64,000 nt of DNA from a virus. The notes below the pieces were generated by a model. It was not told the DNA's origin, searched no databases, and saw only the letters and a program-made list of their open reading frames with translations. The stretch lies in the IMG/VR virus record IMGVR_UViG_3300029931_000011; one strand, given 5' to 3'. Positions 23,939-31,100 of the stretch are shown piece after piece (positions within the stretch are counted from its first letter, which is position 1; the number at the start of each line of letters is the position of its first letter). The position numbers and the translations under genes are program-made.

Positions 23939-24474
23939 CCCGTCTCATCCCCGGCGAGAAGCTCGACGAGGCGACGCGGAAGCGGATCCGCGATCTCATC
24001 AAGGCGGTGAGCGGGGACGGCGACCGCGGAAACGCGTCGCGCATCGCGGCCGAGCGCCTGCTTGTACTCGCGCCGAACAACGCCGTCACTGCTGAACTGG
24101 TCGTGTTCGTCGAGAGGGTGCTGGCGATCGCGGTGTCTCACTGCCCTCGATGCCTTGACCCGAGCGTGGGTCTCTGTACGCCGTGTCGCGCAGCGCACGC
24201 GATCGAGTTCTCGGAGGCGACGCGGGTGCGACAAGGGCGCGTGACGCTGGCGCCCGTTCCCCAGGTGGCTCGGTCGCGCGGTGCGCTCGCCGACCGCGAC
24301 CTCGACGAACTGATCGCCGAGTGCACGCGGAAGAAGCGGTACGTCAGCCAGATCGACGCTGACCGCGTGGCGGCGAAGCGGGGTGCGTTGAGCGGCGTGG
24401 CGCTGCGGTCGTACTCATGCACCGCTGGCTGCGGTGGCTGGCACATCACCCACAAGCCCCAAAGGGCATCATGA
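23935..24474 (+). CDS. hypothetical protein with Cys motifs
   Basis: ATG 23935 in an ATGA overlap. Motifs CPRCLDPSVGLCTPC and CTAGCGGWH. Confidence 0.7.
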   Translation: MTRLIPGEKLDEATRKRIRDLIKAVSGDGDRGNASRIAAERLLVLAPNNAVTAELVVFVERVLAIAVSHCPRCLDPSVGLCTPCRAAHAIEFSEATRVRQGRVTLAPVPQVARSRGALADRDLDELIAECTRKKRYVSQIDADRVAAKRGALSGVALRSYSCTAGCGGWHITHKPQRAS

Positions 24475-25274
24475 CCGGCGCCGCGCAGATCGCGCTCCTC
24501 GCCGACTGCCCGCCGGTGCCGGCGGCCCGGTCCGACGACGAGGAGATCGCCCGGGGCGTGGTGGCGTTCGTGACGTGGCTCGTGTCGCTCGTCGATCACG
24601 AGGAGCAGCGTGAGCGCGCCGCCGCCGCCCGCCGGCAACGTATCGCCGCGAAGGCCAGTCAGCGCAGCCTCGACGGCAGAACCGGATCGTCGTGGTGGTT
24701 GCCGGGCGACGACCGGGTTCATCTTCCCGTGCTCGTCCCGAATTCGGACCACTGCGGCGAGGATATCGACTGCGAGAGGTACACGTGCCCGTGGCACACG
24801 TCGCTTGAGCTTGGCGAGCCCGAGGTGGTCGACGGCTCGGTCTGGCGGCGAGCAACGATCAACACGGGGTGGCGCGAGGAAGGCGACCCGGTCCGTGGAC
24901 GCCGGCCGTCATTCAACGTCGAGGACCAGGCGGACGAGCGAAACTGGCCGCCCTTCGAGGCCGCGCTCCGCGAGGAACGGCGGGCGATGCGCGAGGCCGG
25001 TCACGATCCATGTGGCGACCGCTTCAGCAAGAGGGTGCGCGCGGCGCGCGAAGAAGCCGAGGACAGCGTCAACCCGCTCGCACCGCAGGAGATCGACGAC
25101 ATCACGGTGGTCGCCGTTGGGCGCATGATCGGCACCAGCGACGAATCGATCCGGCTCACCACCAACGACGCGTTCGCCAAGCTGCGGAACATGGCTCGCG
25201 ACGGGGGCTACGGAGAGACTGGCGACGTGGACGACCTGATCGAAGCTCTCGCGTTCGGCGCCGGGGTCGAGTAG
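24471..25274 (+). CDS. protein with C-terminal sigma region-4-like HTH
   Basis: ATG 24471 in an ATGA overlap. C-terminal EIDDITVVAVGRMIGTSDESIRLTTNDAFAKLRNMA. Confidence 0.7.
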   Translation: MTGAAQIALLADCPPVPAARSDDEEIARGVVAFVTWLVSLVDHEEQRERAAAARRQRIAAKASQRSLDGRTGSSWWLPGDDRVHLPVLVPNSDHCGEDIDCERYTCPWHTSLELGEPEVVDGSVWRRATINTGWREEGDPVRGRRPSFNVEDQADERNWPPFEAALREERRAMREAGHDPCGDRFSKRVRAAREEAEDSVNPLAPQEIDDITVVAVGRMIGTSDESIRLTTNDAFAKLRNMARDGGYGETGDVDDLIEALAFGAGVE

Positions 25275-25280
25275 GCCGCG

Positions 25281-25772
25281 ATGCTCATGGTCGAGCGCCG
25301 GCTCGCGCGCGAGCTCCGGGCAAAGAGCCGCAACCGGCACCGGAAGCGCAAGGAGCTCGGCGCGCGCGCCACCACAGAGCGGTCGAGGAAGCTCACCGAC
25401 GAGGAGCGGCGCTACGGCGAGATGCTCGACGAGCTACCGCCGACGCCGCGCCCGCGCACGCGCGGCGAGTGCCGGGACATGGAGCGGCCGTGCCCGTACG
25501 TCGGCTGCCGGCACCACCTGTATCTCGAGGTCCTGCCGAGCGGCTCGATCAAGTTCAACCACCCTGGGCTGGAGCTCCACCAGATGCGCGAAACGTGCTC
25601 CCTGGACGCCGCCGAGCGCGAGCCGTCGTCGCAGGAGTGGACCGGCGTGCTGCTCAACCTGACGCACACCCGCGTCGAGCAGATCGAGATCGAGGCGTTG
25701 GCGAAGCTGCGAGGACGGTCGAACGAGCCCGAGCAGATCGGCGCGGCGCTGATCAGGAAGCCGCGTGAATGA
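25281..25772 (+). CDS. sigma-70 region-4-like DNA-binding protein, last gene of the early-right operon (candidate late activator)
   Basis: Full ORF of 163 aa. Motifs RPCPYVGCRHHLYLEV and LLNLTHTRVEQIEIEALAKLR. The late-activator role is inferred from position only. Confidence 0.75.
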   Translation: MLMVERRLARELRAKSRNRHRKRKELGARATTERSRKLTDEERRYGEMLDELPPTPRPRTRGECRDMERPCPYVGCRHHLYLEVLPSGSIKFNHPGLELHQMRETCSLDAAEREPSSQEWTGVLLNLTHTRVEQIEIEALAKLRGRSNEPEQIGAALIRKPRE

Positions 25773-26113
25773 CGAGGGAATCGCGCCCTTGGGAGTTTTT
25801 TCTTGCGTGGGGCCGCCAGACCCCTGACTCTCCTCTCGCGCGCCCGGTCAGAGCGAAGGATCTCTGCTCCCACTTCTTCCGCCGAAGGCGCTCTCCCAAA
25901 AAAGAAGCGTGTCGGCGGCGAAGCCGCCTCTCAGCGGGGCTGGCGCTCCAAACGAGGAGCGGTGCCGGGCAAAGGCCGGCGAGACAAGATCTTTTGGTGA
26001 GAGGCCTGTCCGCGCGTCGGACCTCGCGAGCCCGCTGTCGCCTCACCCTCCCCGGGCGATGTGGCGCCAGCGCGACACTTGCGCCCTGGCCGGACCGTGG
26101 GCACGATCCCTCC

Positions 26114-26239
26114 ATGACCCCGATCCGCGCCCTCGCCGCCATCCTGACCGCCATGCTCGTCCTGGGGGCGTGCGGGGACTCAGGCCCCGGGGAGGACGGC
26201 GAGCTGCCGGCGGCGTTCACCGTGATGGAGGTACACTGA
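26114..26239 (+). pseudogene. orphan 5' stub of a lipoprotein gene (41 codons)
   Basis: MTPIRALAAILTAMLVLGACGDSGPGEDGELPAAFTVMEVH*. G/C3-rich. Shares the lipobox and the GEDGELPA.F.V block with the lipoprotein at 26883. Its TGA overlaps the ATG of the HNH-like gene. Confidence 0.55.
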
Positions 26240-26883
26240 TGCCCCCGTTCGTCGACTACACCGGGAAGCGATTCGGAGCCCTGGTCGTTGAAGGGAAGGC
26301 GGCGCAGACTGCCCACGGCAAGTTCCGCTGGTCGTGCCTGTGCGACTGCGGCGCCCGGACCATCGTGGAGGGGCGGTGCCTGAAGAGCGGCGGCGTGAGC
26401 TCCTGTGGATGCCAGCGGCGTGCGCGAATCAGCGCGAAGGCACGGGCGCGCTGGGGTGACCCGCTTGCGCTCAAGGAGAACAACCCGGTCGAATACAATG
26501 CGTGGGCGAACATGATCAATCGCTGCGAGAACCCACGTAACAAGTTCTTCTCGAACTACGGCGGTCGAGGCATCAAGGTCTGCGCCGAGTGGCGTGAGAG
26601 CTTCGCGCGCTTTCTTTCCGACATGGGCAAGCGCCCATCGCCGGGGCACTCCCTCGATCGCATCAAGGGCGACGGGAACTACACGCCGCTCAACTGCCGA
26701 TGGGCGACCCGAGTTGAGCAGAACCGAAACCGACGCAACTGCCTCGAGCCCCACGAGCCTGACCAGATCCGGTGGCTTCGCGCCAGTGGGTACACGAATC
26801 GTGAGATCGCCTGCTTCTTCGATGTGCACTATTCCTCGGTCGCCCGCATTGCCCAGGGGCGTACATGGACGGAGGCTGCGTGA
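26239..26883 (+). CDS. HNH-like protein with zinc ribbon and C-terminal HTH, paralog 3 of 4
   Basis: ORF 25909..26883 trimmed to ATG 26239. Motifs CLCDCG...CGC, YGGRGIKVCAEW, HSLDRIKGDGNYTPLNCRWAT and HTH-like YTNREIACFFDVHYSSVARIAQGRTW. Confidence 0.85.
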   Translation: MPPFVDYTGKRFGALVVEGKAAQTAHGKFRWSCLCDCGARTIVEGRCLKSGGVSSCGCQRRARISAKARARWGDPLALKENNPVEYNAWANMINRCENPRNKFFSNYGGRGIKVCAEWRESFARFLSDMGKRPSPGHSLDRIKGDGNYTPLNCRWATRVEQNRNRRNCLEPHEPDQIRWLRASGYTNREIACFFDVHYSSVARIAQGRTWTEAA

Positions 26884-27326
26884 TGCGTACATGGTTGGCT
26901 GCGGTCGCGGTCGCGGTGATCGCCGCGTGTGGTGGTGGCGGCGGGGGCGAGGATGGGGAGCTGCCGGCGGGCTTTGAGGTCAACGCGACACGAACGGATG
27001 GCGGTGGACCCGTCGTGAGCTGTCCGTCCACGCCGTCTTGGCGTGCGTGGTTCGAGGATGTGTCCTCCACCGGCGCGACCCTCACGCCGAATGGCGCCAG
27101 TGGGCCTGGGGCATGGGTGTGCGGGGCGCCGATGCGCGTCGACGGCGCGTGGGTCGTAGGCTGCGAGGCGAATACCGGAAGCGTCACGGTTTCGTCGGTG
27201 TTCACCTTCGCCGACGCTGGCGGAGGAGTGATCGATCACGTCGGAACCTTCAACGCTGACGGGAGCGCCGCCTGCGCCTCGTCGTACCGCATCGACTCCA
27301 TCGTCGAGGACCTCGACGGCCCGTGA
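26883..27326 (+). CDS. lipoprotein
   Basis: ORF 26865..27326 trimmed to ATG 26883 (TGATG junction). N-terminus MRTWLAAVAVAVIAACGGGGGGEDGELPAGFEV. Many A/T-ending codons. Confidence 0.75.
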   Translation: MRTWLAAVAVAVIAACGGGGGGEDGELPAGFEVNATRTDGGGPVVSCPSTPSWRAWFEDVSSTGATLTPNGASGPGAWVCGAPMRVDGAWVVGCEANTGSVTVSSVFTFADAGGGVIDHVGTFNADGSAACASSYRIDSIVEDLDGP

Positions 27327-27364
27327 ATGTGGGGACATGTCACGCGCACGCCTAGCGTGCTGCG

Positions 27365-28189
27365 GTGGCGTTCGCTGACGACGAAATCTCGCCCCATGAC
27401 GGCGACACGGTAGAGCTCTACGAGTTCATCGGCCCGCAGATCGCGTATCGCTACACGAGCTGCGAGCGCCAGATCGTCCTGAACGGGAACGTGTACACGC
27501 CCGTGGCGGGGCTCGTGCGCACGGCTATCGGGGCCAACTCGACAGGTGACACGGCCGCCTTGGCGGTGTCGCTGCCCGTGACCACGCAGGTTATCCGGGA
27601 CTACGGGCTCGACGACGTCCCTCCTCGGTCACTGTTGCTCCGAGTCTACCGACGACAGGAGCGTAGCGCCGAGTACGTCGAGATCTGGATCGGAAGCGTC
27701 AACAGCATCCAGCCCATGGGGCGCATGGCCGAAGTCCGGTCGATCTCGCAGCTCGGCGAGCGGCTCGACATGGTCCTGCCGTCGGTGTCGGTGCAGAGGC
27801 TCTGCAACCATTTCCTCTTTGATCGACGGTGCAGAGTCGACCGCCTGACCTACGACTTCGAGACAGTCGTGACGAATGTGAGCGGAGCGACGGTCACGCT
27901 GGCGTCGATCGGCATCGCCCCGGACCAGTGGTTCCGCGCCGGCGAGATCGTGCGCAACGTTGACGGGGAGCGGCGTGCGATCGTCGACCAGGCCGGCGCC
28001 GTTCTCACGCTCGCACACCCGTTCCGAACGCTCTTGAACGGCAACGGGGTGACGCTCTACGCGGGGTGTGACCACACGCTCGCGACCTGCTCCGACAAGT
28101 TCAACAACGCGGTGAACTTCGGCGGGCACCCGACGGTGCCATCGAGCAACCCGTTCCTGACCCCGATCCGCCTCACGAGGGGGAGCTGA
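27365..28189 (+). CDS. tail hub protein, DUF2163 / phage BR0599-like (RcGTA g13-type)
   Basis: Full ORF of 274 aa. The C-terminal CDHTLATCSDKFNNAVNFGGHPTVPS matches my memory of the BR0599 family signature. Confidence 0.8.
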   Translation: MAFADDEISPHDGDTVELYEFIGPQIAYRYTSCERQIVLNGNVYTPVAGLVRTAIGANSTGDTAALAVSLPVTTQVIRDYGLDDVPPRSLLLRVYRRQERSAEYVEIWIGSVNSIQPMGRMAEVRSISQLGERLDMVLPSVSVQRLCNHFLFDRRCRVDRLTYDFETVVTNVSGATVTLASIGIAPDQWFRAGEIVRNVDGERRAIVDQAGAVLTLAHPFRTLLNGNGVTLYAGCDHTLATCSDKFNNAVNFGGHPTVPSSNPFLTPIRLTRGS

Positions 28190-31100
28190 TGGCGTTCTGG
28201 ACCATCGTGCAGCTCGGCTACCTGGCTGGCTACTACGGCTGGCAGATGTACAAGCATCACCAGGCGAAGAAGGAGGTCCCGCGGGCGGCCTCGCTCGATG
28301 AGTTCACCTACCCGCGCGCGACCGAGGGCGATCCCGTCCCGCTGATCTACGGGACCGTTCGCGTCCGCTCCCCGGTGGTCTTGTGGGTCGGCGATCTGGA
28401 GCCGTTCCCGCAGGTGGTCAACGGCGTCACGGTCGGTTACCAGTATCGCATCGGGATGCGGCTGCTACTCGGCCGCGGGAACACGGACGTTGGGGCAACG
28501 TCCGGCTTCGCGACGCTGCAAGGCATGTACATCGGCGACGTGCAGCCGCCGAGCTTCGCGGGCCCCTTCTCTCCGACGGCGCACGCCGGCTACTACCAGG
28601 TCAACGCGGACGATTTCGACCCGGGCAACTTCAACGTCGGGACCAACGGGCGCCTCGTGTTCTACGACGGCTCGTGGGATCTCGAGCGGTACGCGCTCGT
28701 GGCGTCTGCGTCGGAGCCGCTGAACCCGCCGTATCGCGGTCAGATCACCGTGCTCCTCCAGAACTGGTCCGTCGGCACCGCGCCGACGATGCCCTCATAC
28801 AGCTTCATCGTCCACAACCCGGTCTACATCCCAGGCTACGAGTCGGTGTCGGGGCCGATCGCCAACGGCGCGGCCAACCCGGCATCCGTGCTCTACGACC
28901 TGCTGACGAATGAGTGGGGCTGCGTCGCGAACGCCGCGCCGCTCGTGGATGTCGCCAGCTTCGCAGCGTGCGCGGCAACCTTGCAGGACGAGCAGCACGG
29001 CTTCTCGGCGATCATCAACGACTCGCGCGACGCGAGGAGCGTGGTGGAGCAGGTGCTTCGCCAGATCGACGGGGTTCTCTACGAGGACCCGCAAACGCGC
29101 CGCTACGTGCTCAAGCTCATCCGCGAGGACTACGACCCGAACACGTTGCCGGTGTTCGACCCGAGCAACGTCGTCGGCCAGCCGAAGAAGCCGACGAAGC
29201 TGTGGGACGAGGCAGTGAACGAGGTGCGGGTGATCTTCACGAACCCAGTCTCGGGCTACGGGGAGGGTGTCGCCGTCGAGCAGGATCTGTCGATCATCAG
29301 CTACAACGGCGGACGCCGCCGCTCGGCCGAGTTCCGCTTCCTCGGCGTCACGCACGCGCAGCTCGCTCAGGAGTTGGCGGCGCGCGAGCTCAACTTCCTT
29401 TCGCGCCCAATCTCTCGCCTCCGCATGACGGTCAACCGCGAGGCGTTCGACCTCAAGCCGGGCGACGTCTTCCGCTTCAACTGGCCCGAGTGGAACGGGT
29501 ACACCCAGGTCTTCCGCCTCGGCGAGATCGACTACGGCGACCTGGAGGACGGGAAGATCACGATCACGGCCGTACAGGATCGCTTCGCCATCCAGGGCAC
29601 CGTCTTCGACCCGCCCGACGACGAGATCGGGCCGACCCGGCCGGTCGCCGACCCGATCCATGTCAGCCACATCACCGAGGCGCCGCGGTGGATCATGCTC
29701 AAGGCCTACGAGCAGGGTCACATCGCCAACGTCGACGCGCAGCGGGGCTACTTCCTGGCCAAGCCGGAGGGGTCCGACTCGCGCTACCAGGTCCAGTCCG
29801 GCTGGTCGACGGCGCTGCAGGAGGTCGACATGCCCGGCCGGGTCTTCCCGGGCACGTTCACCGTGGAGACGGAGTACGCGAAGACGACCTCGGCCTACGA
29901 CACGTCGACCCATCTGCGGATCGAGAACGTCGTGGGGTGGACGCCGGGCGTCGTGACCACGACGCAGATCCAGGTCGAGGGGCGCAACGTGATCGGTGTG
30001 CTCGATGCCAACGGCGCCCTCGAGATCATGGCCTACGAGGACGTGATCGACCTCGGCGGCGGCGTGTACCGGCTCCTGAACGTCTGGCGCGGCCTGCTGG
30101 ACACGGTTCCGGCCACGCACGCCGTCGGGGCGCAGGGCTTCGTGCTGCCCGGCAGCTACCTCGCCGCCGGCATGGGGCGCCGCGTGTACACGCATGGGAC
30201 GGCGATCACGGCGTACACCCAGGGCGCCGCCGGCTCCTCGGTGGTGCCGGTCGAGGACAGCCCCGAGGACACCTTCACCGCCCGCTCGCGCTCTCTCCTG
30301 CCGTACCCGGGCAGCGACCTGCTCGTGAACGGAACGAAGGCGCCCGTGGCGCTCGAGGAGGGCGGCGTCACCCTTCAGTGGAATACCCGCGACCGCCTCA
30401 AGACGACGATCACCCGGGGCAACGCGAGCGCCGAGACGCCCGAGGCGAACACGACCTACGACGCCGTGGCCGTGAAGGGCGACCCGGTGACGCCGGGCTC
30501 CGAGGTGAGCCTCGCGTCCGGCGTGACGACCTCGAGCACGACGCAGCACCCACTCGGCGCCGCCGGCCACGGCGCGCTCCAGGTCGGCGTCCGCACGAAG
30601 CGCACGGGCGTCGCGCTCTCCGACGGCACGACGCCGATCGGCGGTGTCTTCAACTGGCAGACCCCGCTCCTCGACATCCAGGCGCACCACTGGCGCAACC
30701 TGCTCTTGAACCCGCGCTTCGCTTCGGGCCTTGGGCTCAACCATTGGGACGCGGTCACCGGCGTCGCGACGACCTCGAACAGCGGCGGTCTCGGCAACAA
30801 CAGCTTCTACGTCACGGGGCAGAGCGGCACGACGGTCGAGATCCGCCAGACGCTCGACCTCACCGGGTACAACCCGAAGAACTACAGCGCCGCCCTCGAC
30901 TTCTACGTTCACAACGGCGGCGACTCCGGCGACACGGTGCAGGTCGAGCTCATCTCGCTCGACGCGGCGACCTCCGTGCTCCAGACGCAGACCTACGGCG
31001 CGAGCGACCCTGGCAACGCCTGGGTGAAGCAGACGCTCTCGATCGCAGACCTGCACGACGATACGAAGTACCTACGCGTGCGCATCATCCTCAACGCGGT

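Noticed and set aside
25912-25926. Hairpin GGCGGC-gaa-GCCGCC with a nearby T-run on the minus strand as a minus-strand terminator
   Set aside because: The T-run starts 7-8 nt from the stem, and no minus-strand gene ends nearby.
25753-26892. Minus-strand ORF of 379 aa across the 25.8-26.9 kb region
   Set aside because: It is antisense to the HNH-like paralog, which has strong family motifs. Its own sequence is low-complexity and it spans the non-coding gap.
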